In this document: positions 27,931 through 45,917 of the stretch, piece by piece
How positions within the stretch are numbered: the stretch's first letter is position 1
Layout: each line of letters begins with the position of its first letter
Assembly (NCBI RefSeq): GCF_009914755.1
Contig: NC_060930.1
Origin: the human T2T-CHM13v2.0 reference genome, Homo sapiens
DNA: 64,000 nucleotides
Direction: 5' to 3' (one strand)
Position numbers and translations under genes: made by a program
Notes under the pieces: model-generated
Database searches by the model: none
What the model was told of the DNA's origin: nothing
What the model saw: only the letters and a program-made list of their open reading frames with translations

Positions 27931-30900
27931 CTGAGCAGTTCTTTAAGGGATGAGACTTGGCCCTCAAGATCTGGGTTTCCATTACCCCTGCCATCGTCAG
28001 GGTAAGTCACTGAACCTCTGAGAAGGGGACTCCCAACCAGGAGGATCACAGGATCTCCCAACCAGGGAGGATGCCCCGGGAGAGTGTGGTCAGGATTCAT
28101 GATGTTACACATTTTAAAGTTCTTTGCAAGCTATAGTAATAGTTCCAGGTAAATAAATGGAATAATAAATTCTGTAAAAATTATAAAAACCTAGTCTGTT
28201 GATAATGGGCTCTTTTAGGTAGAGTCTAGGGTAGGAAATCAAACATTATATTCATCATGGTACTTGAAATATATTTAAGCTGAAGCTGTGCACTCCATCA
28301 TGTTTTTGATATATTTTTCCTTGGCATTACTTGAAAGGCATGCTCATGAAACTGGATTTGGATCTGTTTCATGTTTTCACTTGCGTTCTCTGACCCCTAC
28401 TTAGAGGGCACCAGGTGCTTCCTATTCTAACCGTTTGCAAATTCAAGACTTGGTTGGAGGGCCATTCAGGGGACTGGTGTGGGGTTAGATAGGATCTGGA
28501 CACAGCGACTCCCTCGCTCCTGCTCCAGTATTTTGACCTTAATTTGAACAGTTCAATGAACTGGCAACTGAAGTCGTTTTTTCCCACTGAACTAGACCTT
28601 TCATTGTTTTGCAGAGGAAGATGACTCATAGCCAGGTTCTACCATTGTGCTAAAGTGAAATTTTAGTCTAGGACTAAAGGAACACAGGCCAAACTTTCTG
28701 TCTGAGCTGCAGAGTATTGAAACTTAGATTGTGAGCTGGGCAGGAGTTCCTGTGGCCCTCTGTGTGGAGTTGCTCTCAAGGAAAAGGAGCATTTAAATAC
28801 GTTTTTGACTCCAAATTTAATTTTTAGTAATATAGTTCAAATGTCCTTTAAAATATCTTAAGTAATCAGACTGTTTTCTAAAAAAAAAAAAAATGTAATG
28901 CAAAATGAAAATTCTACAAAGTAGAAAACTGTCATTTCCTTCCTCTCTCCAAAACCATTGTTAATAGTTTCGTTTCTTCTGCTACCCTTGTTTTCTATGA
29001 ATGTAAAAATGTATGCCTCTATGGGTGAGCATGGCTTTTCTTTTTTGAACCAAAATTGAAACCATCCTGATTTAGTGGCATCCCACTTAAAACATTATTA
29101 AAAACTACCTGTGTACATGTATCTTAGCTTACTTGGGCAATTGCTGGGGCAAATATGCTTTTACTGTTAAATCGTCATCTACAACAGATGACATGTAGAG
29201 AGATGAAATGTAGTCTATAGTTGTTTGAACTTGCATTTCTTTTTTTGTGGAACTGAAATTCTCTGCATATGTTTATTGGCTCTTTGGACAAATTCGTCAG
29301 TGATTTGGCTTTTCATGCATTGCTCATTTTCTTTTGTTGCTTGGATCCCTGACTTTTATACTCTTAATGATTCCAAGGGAAATTCCTACAAAATGGCAGA
29401 TTTGGGAGGACTTATTTGAATTTCTTTTGAGTTCTAAAATGGTTAACTGCTACCTTAAAAGATAGATATTATTTTCAGATATCTAGGACAGAGGTTTGAG
29501 TCTTTGGACTTAGATTCTATAGTATTTTCTTTCTTTTTTTGGCTGATATGGAAGACGTCATCATCCCAAACTGTGCTGAGACTAGTAGTTATTTAGATAC
29601 ACTATTTTATTACATTTTCGTATACTGATAAATTATTTCCATATGGATGGTAAGTCCCAGATTTATTTATGAAAAAAACCATTTTTTATATATTTTATGG
29701 AACATGGAGTTAGCAGAAAGATGCTGTGGAGTTAGGCTTAAAATTAAGCCCTAACTATTCTGCCTCCTGTTTTGGGGCTGTTGTCAGTCTTTAAAGGTAC
29801 ATCTTTGTAAAATTTTTTGAACATAACTTGACAGATTGCAAGAAGGATTATAATAAATGGTGTCTGTTTGTGTTAGAGTATTTCAAGTCAGTACAGGAAA
29901 AAATACATTTAGATGCTAAGTGAAGATAAGACATTAGTTTAAATGAGGCCCCGTATGCACCATCATATTGAAAATTTACCAGTGTGTCCTCGTCCTTCAA
30001 TTTAGATTCGTTAGTGATTTTTCACATCAAAGCATTGAAGCTGTAATTCTATGTTGGGTTCATTTAACCACAGATCCAGTAAATGGCAGGAAATAGAGAG
30101 CTATACAGGACAGCAAATGGCCTGCAGTTGTGTGGAGGATATCTTTGTGGCAAGATGCCCCAGATGTTTTGCTGTTTTCAAAGTTTGCTATCATTTGTTC
30201 AGAAAGGTTTTCATTGCTTGCAAGCAAGCAGGCAAGCAAAGGAAAAGGGCACGCAGCCGCCTCCCCTATGATTCTGTGCTCTTTGCCTTTGATGCCTTAT
30301 ATAAAAAGCTTTATTTAGTCTGCAGAGAGGTTATTTCTCCAAATAGAGGTGAACTGTCATAGTAGTCTGGAAACGTGATAGATTTCAGTTGAATGCCGCT
30401 GATCCAAATACTCTGAAAGGCTGGGCTGTGTGGCACTTGTAAGATAGGCACCTTGCACAGATTCTTCCAGGTCACTTGCACATATCGCCAGTAGAAATAC
30501 CTCATCAGATAGCGATCCACTTGGCACTCTGAGAAGCAACTCCTATCACACCGACACTGCTACTTTTCTCCTGGCTCAGCCAGTCTCTTGCTGGGAACCT
30601 GCTGCCAGAGTTAGTCACTTGGCTTCTGCCCTGGCCTATTTTCTTGTTGACTTCTGGATTCTGTGCCTTTAGCTTCTCCTTGGACTCATTGGCCATTACT
30701 CTCTTTCTGGTGTTAGTAGCTCCTAGACTGTGTTTGACAGAAGAAATTTATTCCCCTAGCAAATTCACTTTCTACTGAGGTAACTCTAACCCACCCATGC
30801 AATCTAGCATCTGCCAATACTCTGAGACCCACTGATTGTTAATCAGTATTTATTATCTAACTCTGAGTAACGAGTGTTATAGCAGGAAAAGTAGAATCTT

Positions 30901-31555
30901 TTTTGTGTGTGTACGAATGTGGTTTAAGGGACTTTTGGGGATAGAGGAGAAATAAACACCTTGAAATGAATTATTATATTTTACCTTTGCCCATGTGAAT
31001 TCTTTAAAATAATTATTAAATTCTCACTTTGCTTATATGCATTAAAAATTTCATAGTGATGGTATTTAAAGAGGGAGGTTATGGACATTTTGCAAGTTGG
31101 TTGAGGCAATAGTTCTCATTTCCCTTTTCATGTCCCACGGGACATGTCATATCTGTCTGCCTCCCTCCTATGCATTTCTCCTGCTGTTGCAAGGAGAATC
31201 TTATGTTTTATGATGAAAATTTATTTGGTGACTAAGTGAAGTGTGCACTATTCTTTTAAAAAGTCCTTGAGATTGCATTCTGTATATTTGCTGAATTTGT
31301 TACTAGGCCTTACGCTGCAACATTTCTGAGTAATCAAATCTAAATAAAAATAAAAGGTCGTTCAAGGTAAATCTATGTCTTGATTACTGAAATAAAGTAT
31401 TGACATTTATTTCCCATAATTTGGGAAGTTATTCAGTAAATAATATTTGCCTGGTGTTTTATAATGAATCATTTTTATCATATTGGGTTTGTGTTAGGAA
31501 GACTGTCAGCATTGATTTTCCAGTAGTTTTCTAAATTTTCTCATCTATTTATGTT

Positions 31556-32180
<625 letters not shown>

Positions 32181-32247
32181 TATTTATGTTTCCTAATTAC
32201 TGCAGTGCTCATGTTTCTGTCAGCTTCAACTATGCCACACATGACTA

Positions 32248-32532
<285 letters not shown>

Positions 32533-33837
32533 TCAGTGAACATTTATTGAGCAACTGTGGTTTGCTGGGTGCTGCGGTCGTTGTTGTGAAGGTGCTGGGA
32601 TGTTTTAAAGTTGGTTTTAAACTTAAGGATTCTACTTACTGGCAGCCTAGAACCACTGCATATGCCTTGCAGAGATGATGATGGACACTTGTGTCCTCAC
32701 CTGTGCAGTGCAGGCACATCAGTGAAGAGCCTTAGATTCTCATTTTGCAACTGTTTTCACACTTGGGTATCGGTTTCTAGATCTAAAGCAGTAAATGAGA
32801 AAGGCAGTGGGTGTGAATGCTGCTATAAACTGACACCCTGACAATAACGATATGCTTGTTGACAGGCTGATTGCAGAGGAGATGAAAAAATAAAGGGCAG
32901 AACAAAAAAGTCTCAAAGCTCTGCCCCCTGCGTCAGTAGGAAGCTGTATTTTGCTACTCAAGTAGACTAACATTGGAGAAATAATTAGCAAGTGAAAAAG
33001 TTCTTCCACCGAAAGGACAATGCAAGTTAAGGCAGGTAGTCTGGTTTTCTGTGCTGCAGCATCCAACCACGTTCTAGAATCCTGTTTTCATATTTTGTTG
33101 GACCCAACTGGATTAAAACAAAGCCCCTTTCTCTGGCTGGGTAGTGGCCCGAGTTAGGCAGTTTCCAGTGCTCTAATTGGTACTTTGGAGCCAGTGTCCA
33201 GTGACTTTCAGAAGCAGGGTAAATGTTCTTGGTATTGAGCAGTTCTCTGCTGGATGCCGGGCCTGTCCTCATGGTTCATGCTGCCCTTAGATCATCAGCC
33301 ATTCACTCCTATGGTCGGTCAAGGACACCTTCTCTAGGAATTCTCTGCTGACTTCCAAGTGTGGGTTGGGTGCCCCTCTTCTCTGCTTTCTCCTTCCCTG
33401 CTTGGATTAAATTCAGAGATTCTAAGATGTCTTCATCTGTCACAACATTCATGATGGATGTTACCCATCAGTGTTTTTGAAAACGAGGTCTATCTCTGCA
33501 CGGTGTTGAAAGATAGGTGGAACTTATCTTTTAATAATCTCTTCAGGTGGTCATTGTGTATGTTTGAGAACCTCTCCTTTAGACCATGAGCCTGAAGAAA
33601 GTCCTGTTCTTGTCTTTGAATCTTTAAACCTTCCCTAGCTCCTGGCACGTTTTTTAGTTGCTCAGATTTTTTGTTGTAGTTCAGTGAATGAGGTAGAATT
33701 CTGGTAATTTTTTTGTTGTTGTTCGGTGAATGAGATATAATTCCTGTTAAAAAATGTGTGGAAAGCAGGTATGCCTATGGAATCCAAATCCAGCAATGTG
33801 ATCAAAAGCCGCTTGAAGGATTTTCGAACATTTTTCA

Positions 33838-34122
33838 TTTCTTTCTTTTTTTTGAGACAGAGTCTCTGTCACCTTGGCTGGAGTGTAGTGGTCCAATCTC
33901 GGCTCACTGCAACCTGGGCTCAAGGGATCCTCCTACCTCAGCCTCCAGAGTAGCAGGGACTAAAGGCATGCACCACCATGTCCCACTAGTTTTTGTATTT
34001 TTGGTAGAGATGGGGACTCCCTATGCTTCTCAGGTTGGTCTTGAACTCCTGGGCTCAAGTGATATACCTGCCTCTGCTTCCCAAAGTGCTGGGACTATAG
34101 GCGTTAGCCACCATGCCTGGCC
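33838..34122 (-). mobile_element. AluJ
   Basis: Antisense Alu with J diagnostics. Confidence 0.93.
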
Positions 34123-34264
34123 CATTTTTTCTTATTGTTTTGTAAATCAACATTATGTGAAACCTAAAATTTAATATGGATATACAAAAATAGCTTTTTT
34201 ATTTTCTTGCCCAAGAAAATAAACTGTATCTTTATTATTTATATTTTTGCCGTTTTGAAATAAG

Positions 34265-34470
34265 CCTTTTATTTTAGAATAATTTTACATTTATAGAAAA
34301 GTTGCAAAGATGGTATGTAAAGTTCCCCAGTTACCACTTTTTGCCACTGTTACCCAGTTTTCCCCACTGTTAACATCTTGTTACCCAGTTTTCCCCACTG
34401 TTAACATCTTACATTACTATGTTACGTTGATCACACTTAGTGAACTGATATCAGGATTGTTATTATTAAA
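34265..34470 (-). mobile_element. L1MC/MD-type 3' end fragment with a 31-bp tandem duplication
   Basis: ttttagaataatttta…gaaaagttgcaaagat…gttaacatcttacatta. Confidence 0.75.
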
Positions 34471-35182
34471 GGCTTTAAGAGTTATTGTTGAAGATTTATA
34501 AATTTATAGATGAAATAATATTTAGAACATACCAAATTTTGAATTAGAAATATTTTAAAATTTGAATTCTTTGATTTTAAGAATTAAAACTTTTGAATTC
34601 TTATATGTAGTCATAGTTGGGAATATATCCACAAAGCAAGTAGACCAATTCTTGTGAGAATGATTCTGAAACAGGTTTTTCAGTTGTCATTAGCCTTCTG
34701 GAACCTCAAAAGGGGGAAGGTTACTTTCAAAGGCTAACATTCATTTAATCTATCTGTAGTACTCCATATGAATGACAATCATTACTTATCGACATCTCAG
34801 GTTTTGTTAGATATGATATTTGTTTTAATTATTTATGGTATATTCAGGCAGAGGTGCTATTCAAAATATTTAACAGGTTGGCATAGGCCTCAACCACCCA
34901 GACTGCTGTTCAAGTAATCAGAAGGGATGCTGGCTGGTGAATGTGTCAGTCCTATTAACTGACACATTTCTATTAATGTCTAAAATGTCCTAAAAATGTC
35001 TCCAGATATTGCCAGATGTCTCGTAGGTGGCAAAATCACTTCTGGTTGAGAACTCCTGATATAAAGCAGTTAGAACAGGCTGGCACTGCTCTAGTAACTG
35101 CTTTCTAAATATTCACTATTATTATTGTTGTTGGTATCTTTCATTTGTTATTTCTGATAACTTTTAAACATACACTGCTTAG

Positions 35183-35573
<391 letters not shown>

Positions 35574-36609
35574 TTAAATCACCACATGCATAAAAAATAA
35601 AGTTACATTTTTTTGTAAGATTTACTCAGAATTTGTTGGAGACCCATAGCCTGTTGTAGGAAGAAATGTAAGTTCTATTTTTGAGGGAGATTTTCAGCCT
35701 TTTTTACTTGCCCTCACCTGCCATGTTCCTGACACTGCAGCCTCGAGAAAGGTTTGAGACTGTTGGAGCACATGGGTGTGGAATTTGTAGACCACTTGTT
35801 CTTCCAGACTTCCTCACACCCACCCATAGCCTGCTTTTAGTTGATAGTGGCTCAGCAAGGGTAGGAGCCTGTACTTTGGCTCATACCAAATTCCCCTCAT
35901 TTCCGCACGATGATATGTTATTAGTATTCTGATCCCTGTTATTTGTTAAGTTAAGCTGTGCTTCAGGAATCTCAGAAGATCACAGCATTTTGTTTTCAGT
36001 GACTTCATTTCATAATATATGCTCTGGGCAGGTGAGACTAGACTTAGAGACATTGAAGCCCAACAATTTAATATCCACAAATAGTGTTTTATTTGTAGTC
36101 TTCCTATCCTTTCCTCTTCGGTGTTCTAGAAACAGATGCTTACATTGTGTAAACACTCCTTCTGTTACTGATTCTATGGTATCCATTTTCCTATTAACAG
36201 GATGAAGATTTTGTTTTTTCATCCTCAAGTCTACAAGAACGGAATAGTCAGTGGGATATGAGGATCAGATAAAAATCCCCCCACTTTAGAATCACTGATC
36301 TTAGTACTTCCTGCAGAAACTCTGACAGCCTTATTTTTTTTCCTCCTTTGAATCCACGTAGGTGTTTTTGGGAAACATTTATTTGCTGATATTGGTTGGT
36401 AATAATAATTGTTATTTTTATTTCAAATAAGATGCTGCTGGTAAAATTATTGTGAAGTCTACTCAACTTAGTAAACTTATATCAAAAGCCAGGTTTTACA
36501 TCTGGTAGAACAGAGATAGTCAATTCCTTGCTGTAGGGAGAGGAAGGGTAGGAGCCTGTGGCTCCCTCCCCGCCATCTTGTCCCCAACCATTCTTATACA
36601 CTAGTTTGA

Positions 36610-36830
36610 TTCAAGCACTTGAGCTTTGGAGCCAGACTGCCTGAATTTGGATTCAGCTACTTTTACCTGGGCAAACTGCTTAACTTTAAATGTCTGTGCT
36701 CTTTGCTGAAAAATGTGGACAATAGAAGCATCTATCTTATATGGATATTGTGGGTATTAGACTATATGGTAGTCCATTTAAGAAACGTTCAGTAAATGTT
36801 GCTCATAGTAACAGCAATAATGTTACTACT
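36610..36830 (+). mobile_element. MIR
   Basis: gctttggagccagactgcctg…cctgggcaa. Confidence 0.7.
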
Positions 36831-37264
36831 CCTAATATGACTGCTACTTTTGATAAATTTAGAATAACAGTTTAAATTACCATATATATTAAAACTATGT
36901 GACAGTCTAAATTATCTTAACAGTTGAAATACCATAACAGTGTGTATACACACACACATACATACACACACACTTTGTATAATGGAGCTGCTAAAATGAA
37001 TCAGGTTTAGCTGAATTGAAATTTGATTCTTTTTGCCTATTTGCTATAGGTGATAGTGAGCCATGAAATAAGTAAAATACAGAAGGAGGTAGATACAACA
37101 TTTAGATTTTTTAGCCTTACGTGAAACAGTTATGGCTTCAGAATTTAAAGCACCAACATTTGGTGGGGTCCCATGGAAATTTTTATTCCTAATTTCTTAA
37201 TATTAACCATCTTCTTCATATTCTATTAACTCTTGTGTTGTTTAAAAAACATTCCAGTATTCTT

Positions 37265-37367
37265 TCTTTCTTTAGTTTTTTGAGATGGGGGTCTCACTAT
37301 GTTACCCAGGAAGGCCTTGAACTCCTGGGCTCAAGTGATCCTCCCACTTCAGTCTCCTCAGAAGAAG
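37265..37367 (-). mobile_element. FLAM/Alu monomer fragment
   Basis: ggtctcactatgttacccagg…ggctcaagtgatcctccc; TSD attccagtattctt. Confidence 0.85.
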
Positions 37368-37797
37368 ATTCCAGTATTCTTATCTTCATTGTTGAGTGCT
37401 TTTTCTTTTAAAAATTGCAATAACATTTTAAAAATTAGAAAAGAAAGAAGCATCCATTTCTATTTCTACCATATTAATACAACAGTAACTTTCATTTGTT
37501 ATTTTCCCATCTAGTCTTTATACTCATACTTAAAAATAATTGGAATTATGTAATATTTCTAATTTTAGTTCTGGTGTTTTCGTTTGACATTACTTCATAA
37601 GCATTTTCCATTTTTTTCTGTTAGGTAGTTATACCATCATTTATTTAATGGTTTTCCTGTTTTTGTTTTTAGTTTACTTCTAGTTTCAACATTATGGATA
37701 ATAGTACAGCGAAAATTATCTTTATTGATCTGTAAAATGGAGATAATACAAGTACTCCAGGGCTGTTGTAAGGATTATATGAGGGGATAGATATAAG

Positions 37798-37969
37798 GCA
37801 GGTTTGTCCACCGTGAGACAGTTCCATTTTGCTGTGGAAGCTGTCCTGTGCTTTGGGGATGCTGGACAGCATACCTGGCCGCTTTTCCCCAGTGGTGACA
37901 AACAAAAATGTCTCCAGACATTGCCAGGTGTCTTGCAGGGGCAAAACCACTCCCAGCTGAGAACCCCTG
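37798..37969 (-). mobile_element. MER20 (hAT-Charlie) inserted in a MIR (about 37725-38045)
   Basis: aaaaatgtctccagacattgcca…gcaaaaccactccc…tgagaacccctg; 8-bp TSD atataagg/atataagt. Confidence 0.85.
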
Positions 37970-38556
37970 ATATAAGTCAGTAGAACAGCCTGGCACTGAT
38001 CTGATGAGTGCAGTGTAAATACTTGCTACTATTATTATTGTTGTTGGCACCATCCTTCATTTCAGGTATTCATTTCTGATAAATTCCCAGAAATAGAATT
38101 TATGGGATGAGAGGTTAGTTTTAGGGTTTCTGATACGCCCTTCAGAGGACTGTAACACGTTTAACGTCATCAGTTTATACAAATATGCCAGTATCTCTGA
38201 GGCCCAGCCAGTATTGAATTGTGAGTACCCAAAATACTGTTTTGTCTTCAATTTCTGTAATTACTAGCCATGATGAGCATCTATTATATTTTTTTTATTT
38301 GCATTGCCACATTTGAAGATTCTGGTAAAAACCTTTGTCTACGCATCGTTTTTTTTTTTTTTCTTTTTTAGTTACTCTGCCATTCAACAGTTAAAGTTGA
38401 AATTCATCCCTCAGTAGCTAAGCCTGTATTACATTTCATCGCTTGATGTTTAACAGCCTCTGAGTAGAACATTGATTGAGATCCTTTTGGATTATTGTGT
38501 TTTTCCCAGTGTTGCTGCATAATATGAAACCTTCCAAAATTTGAATATAAGGATAA

Positions 38557-39588
<1,032 letters not shown>

Positions 39589-40216
39589 TTATTAGCCAAC
39601 TTTTCTTTTGACTTTGATTGATGAAAGAAGAGGAAAGATCAGACCAGGAGAACAGAAATATTTTGAAGACCTTTCTGTATAAAAAGTAATGAATTTAACT
39701 TCACCGATTCAAGAGACAGGACAGTAAATATTCTTGTTATGCTGCTTCCCAGGGTGTCCTAAGAAAGAGTCTTCAGATTGTACTATGGGATTAAAGCCAT
39801 GGCAGATGGCACTTAATGTCCCTGACTAATGTGACTTTCCACCCACTTTCTTTACACCATAGTTTGACTCAGGGGCTTGCTGGATTTCAGAAAGACTAGC
39901 TTGTAGTTTGTGGCTAAAAAGACTGGCTGATGTTAGGAAGGGGGAGAAACACCTTATGTGTTGCTCTACTAATTTTGTCCTTGATTTTGAGCTAATTATT
40001 AATGCTCCAGGGAAAAATTTTAGCTTGGCAGGCAGGGAAATATTAGTTTCAATTGTGAGCTTAATCCAGAGGGCTATGTTTGAGTTAAAACCATCCAGGA
40101 GTCTTCCAGGGAAGTCCAGAATCTTCCAGGGAAGACCAGGTGGATCTATTTCTGGATGCTAAAAGGGGCATTGCGGGGCTGATAAGGAAATAAGTCCCTT
40201 GTTCTTTAAAAAAAAA

Positions 40217-40539
40217 TTATTTATTTATTTATCTTTTTTAGAGACAGTGTCTCACTCTGTTACCCAGGCTGGAGTGCAATGGCATGACCATGGCTCATGC
40301 AGCCTCAACCTTCTGGGCTCAAGTGATCCTCCCTCCTCAGTTTCCCAAGTAGCTGGGACCACAGGTGTCTGAAACCACACCTGGCTAATTTTCTTTCTTT
40401 CTTTCTTTTTTTTTTTTTTGTAGAGATGGGGTCTCGCTATGTTGCCCAGGCTGGTCTTGAACTCCTGGGCTTAAGTGATCCTCCTACTTTGGTCTCCTAA
40501 AAGTGCTGAGATTACAGATGTGAGACACCTCACCCAGCC
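40217..40539 (-). mobile_element. AluJ
   Basis: Antisense Alu. Confidence 0.93.
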
Positions 40540-43235
40540 AGAACTGCCTGTTTCATTAGAGAGACACAAGTCAATTCCTGGAATTTTTTTTTCCTTTTTG
40601 CTGCCACTTTCTTACTTAAAAGAATAAAAATCAAAGCCAAATTCATCATAGTAATCATAATAATGGCAACAACAACAAAAAAAGGAGTAAAATAGAGTTG
40701 TGAATGTTTGCTTTGTTATTAAACATATCAACTCATTGGAGCTGATTTATATAAAGTTAAATCCTGCTAGAATAGCTGGATTCCTTCCTACATGGGTGGG
40801 GTGGGAATGCTGAGATCCTGGTGTGGGCATTCCATGCCAGGGTAGAAATTTCCTGCTCAGGCACTTAGTGAAGGAGCCAACTGAGGGAGGATAGGTGATG
40901 TGCCCGCCCATCCGGTGGCACCCAGTGACCTGTGCACACCACCCCCCATCTGCCCAGGACCCAGCCATGTTGTTCATTGTACCCTTTTCAGACTGCTGAC
41001 CTCCAGGAGCACTTGTCTTAAAGTCACATAGCTGTATTTTTCCTCTCCAGAAAAATTTTGAATGTATTTTCTAAATAGCTGAGGTCATTGCATGGTCTTC
41101 AGTGAACTTAGCTACAAGTGAATGTGACCTGGAGTGACCCAGAGTGAGTGCTGGCCAGCATAGGTTTCACATTTTCTGTGTGAAAGTTCTTCTTTTGTTG
41201 TTTGTGATTAATAACTGGATGGGATATAAAGCCAAATGATTTCATTGTTGAACACAGACTTGAAGGTCATGAGAAACTGCCTGTTCAAATTACACTTTGC
41301 CAAGACATGGAAAAAGGTCTGCATCAACACCTGAATAGTTTTAGAAATACGGTAGAGAAGGAAAAAAATGACATGCCACTTGTTATGTGATGTGAAAGTT
41401 GATTTCCACGCGATGCAATATCTTGGGTCCTTACAACATCTGACCTATGAGGCTGATGAGTTTGCACTGAGTCAGGACTTTAAAACAAAGGTGTATTGAG
41501 GACCTACTGTGTGCCAGGTCATTTAGAATGAGTTTTTATGCTAAGTAATGTGTTATATTTATGCTTATTTTGTTAAGTGCTCAGTTTCTCTTAGGTTTTG
41601 TATTATGTGGGTTTGCTATTTTTTAAAAAAATATTTTTAATTTTTTGGGTATGGTTTGCTATTTGAAATATGATTTTGAATAAGTTTCTCAGTACATAGC
41701 ACTTTTAATTTTATGTTTTTAAAAGATTTTTTAATGGTTATACATAATAATTGATGGACACACAATAGTATTTAAATCTAAAAATAGAGAAACCATGGCA
41801 CACAAAACACAGTATCTTACAGAACTGTATTATTTGCTTCTTTTCTATGTGTTTTCTAGGCTTTTGAGTCAGATGTTAGGAAAGAGTCTGTCCATCTTTA
41901 ATTTTCTCACTTCGAGAAGCACTGAAATATTTCTATACATATGTCCATTGGTATAGCGACCTAACACAACTTTAAAATCATTTTGAAATTGACGCACAGA
42001 GAGCTTGGTTTTCCAGAACTGGTGAGGTGTAAGATGGTTGAGGACTGACTTGGCCTGGTCGGACCTGTTTCTTTGTAGCATTATTACTATTTGTTTATTT
42101 TCCACCTGGGCCTTACATCTTCCCTCTCAAGACAGCGTCTAGGTCCCAACTCAGTTGGTAGGAATTTGTGCAGTAGCAAACCTGCAGATGGGCAGAGATA
42201 CAAACTCACTCAACTCACATTACAGTCTTTCCCTGTCTAAAACAAACAAGAAAACAAAACAAAAAAGGGAGAGATCATATAGGCGTGTATATATACAATA
42301 TTTTGTTATAGATAAGGAACAAAGTACCATATGAATTCAAAAGGTGAGGGTGGGATGGGTTTAGAGCTGGGAGAGAAACCATCTAAAGCCTTCATGAAAG
42401 GGGGTACCATTTGCTGTGGATACTGATGGCAATGTTGGGGCTGGAGGAAAATGTTCCAGGTAGAGGGCACAGAATTAATAGGGGGTAGCTATAAAAAGCA
42501 TGCTGAATACCATGCTAGGTAGGCATTTAGCCCTGTAGCATATAGATGTATCTGAATTTAAAGGCAGTGGGTGATGTTCGGAGGTTTGGAGCATAAGATA
42601 TTTTGTGATCAGAAGAAGGTGAATCTGTCAGAGGTGTTTAGGAAGCAAATACAAGGGTAGATAGTATGGGAGGTTATTGTAGTACCTTGAGAGAATGCTA
42701 TTGAGGACCTGGATGTTGAGGTTGGTAGCCTGGGAATATCTGGGCTCTGTTGATGAATTAAATTGAGTTATGGCAAAGCTCTCTTCGTGGATTTCAATAT
42801 TTGCGATTCCACTGCTTAAAGCTGAGCTCACTCTTCTTTTCGGTGTAACTGTGATGGAAGGAACTTGCGTGTGAGAGTCTCCCTCTTGTTGGGTCTGTGC
42901 TATTGGTTTGTTGATTAGGAACTCAATTGGTACCTGCAGAAATTGCCTCTGATTGGGACCTGCTTCTCCCCACTGTCTCCCTTATGTTTCCCCCTGAGAG
43001 GTAAAAGGAGTGATTTGGGTCAAATGTCCTTTGTTTTGGGTTGGTTTGTGTGGGATGACTCCTGGTGTAGATTTTGTGTGTGGGTGCTAATGTACTTATA
43101 GCCAGCTGGGGCTAGAAGCTCAGGCACCCACAGCTTTGCTCTCCCCACTTCGCGTTTTTACTTCTGATTTTCTGTTTCCCAATTTGTGATTCACAGGCAG
43201 GGATGACTGACTGAGAAGCGTTGCAGATGAGTCCG

Positions 43236-43753
43236 TGTATTTGTTTCATTTTGTGATTGTTTCAAATTAGCACAAATTTGATGGCTTAAAACAACACAAC
43301 TTTACTATCTTACATTTCTGAAGGTTAGAAGTCTGACACGGGTCTTACTGAGCTAAAATGAAGGTGTTGACAGGGCCATGTTCCTTCTGGAAGCTCCAGA
43401 GGAGACTCCTTTCCCTGGTCTTTTCCAGCCTCCACAGGCTGCCCATGTTTCTTGGCTCATGGCTCTCTTTAGTCTTCAAAACCAACAGTGGTGGGCTGAG
43501 TCCTTCTCATGTGGCTCGTTGCTCGCTCTGCTATTCAACTCTCTTCCTTTTCCACTTAGAAGGCCCCTTGTGATTTCACTGGGCACACCAGGCTAACCCA
43601 AGATAACCTTCTATCCTAAAGTCAGTTGATTAGCAAACAATACTTTCATCTGCAACCTCAATTTACCCCTTGCTGTGTAACCTAAGGTACTCACAGGACA
43701 TGGGCCTCTTTTGCAAGTGGAGAGGAAGAAGATGTATTATTCTGCTTGCCACA
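43236..43753 (-). mobile_element. MLT1D-like (MaLR) LTR
   Basis: ggcttaaaacaacac…gaagtctgacacgggtct…gtcagttgattagcaa…ttattctgcttgccaca. Confidence 0.88.
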
Positions 43754-44314
43754 TTGCGTAGCTCTTGATTTTCACTTCTTTTAAAAAAGAACATCTGCAG
43801 AAAGAATTGAGAGTGGTGGATAATTCTCCAATCATTCCTGCTTTCTCCTGAAATAAATTTCATGCCTTTCTTTTAGCAGTTGATTTAATAATTAATTTTA
43901 AAAATAATGTTAGAAGAAGCTTTTCCTGTTCATGTGTGTGTTATGATGCATATGTTTGTCTGATGAAGGGGAAAAAGGGAAGGAATGACTCAAGTACTTT
44001 CAACTTTAGGGCCAGCCTAGGATTGGAATTCTGGAGTAGATCATGAGGAGGAGATGGTCAACTTTCTTGTGACAAAAGCATGTACATAAACCACTTAGGA
44101 TTCTCCACTTTTCACATTTTATTCTGAAATTGCATGCTTCAGTTAATGTGATTTAATGGTTTTCTCTCAGTGTCATTGGCAGGATTGTTACTAAGCGACA
44201 AACATTCACCACAGTGTTCAAATGTACTTGGGAAGAAAATGAGTAGCCAAACTAAAAGTGGGATTTAAATGACTCCAATTTTATGAAAAGTGAAGAAGTT
44301 CAGAGATTACTTAA

Positions 44315-44692
<378 letters not shown>

Positions 44693-44882
44693 TAAAATAT
44701 TATGGCAGCTGATAGAGATGTATGTGCATCGCATTCTATTTCTGACACAATAAACAGCGTAATCGTCACATGAATATAAAAGTTGATGTGTTAAAGCAGT
44801 ACAGCTCATGTTTATTCACTTGAAAGCCAGGAGAGTATACCCGTGGGAGATGTTGCTATCAATAAATTTTTACCTATATATA

Positions 44883-45917
<1,035 letters not shown>

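Noticed and set aside
33666-33750. Imperfect ~42-bp tandem duplication
   Set aside because: Degenerate duplication at an L2-like tail with no sign of function
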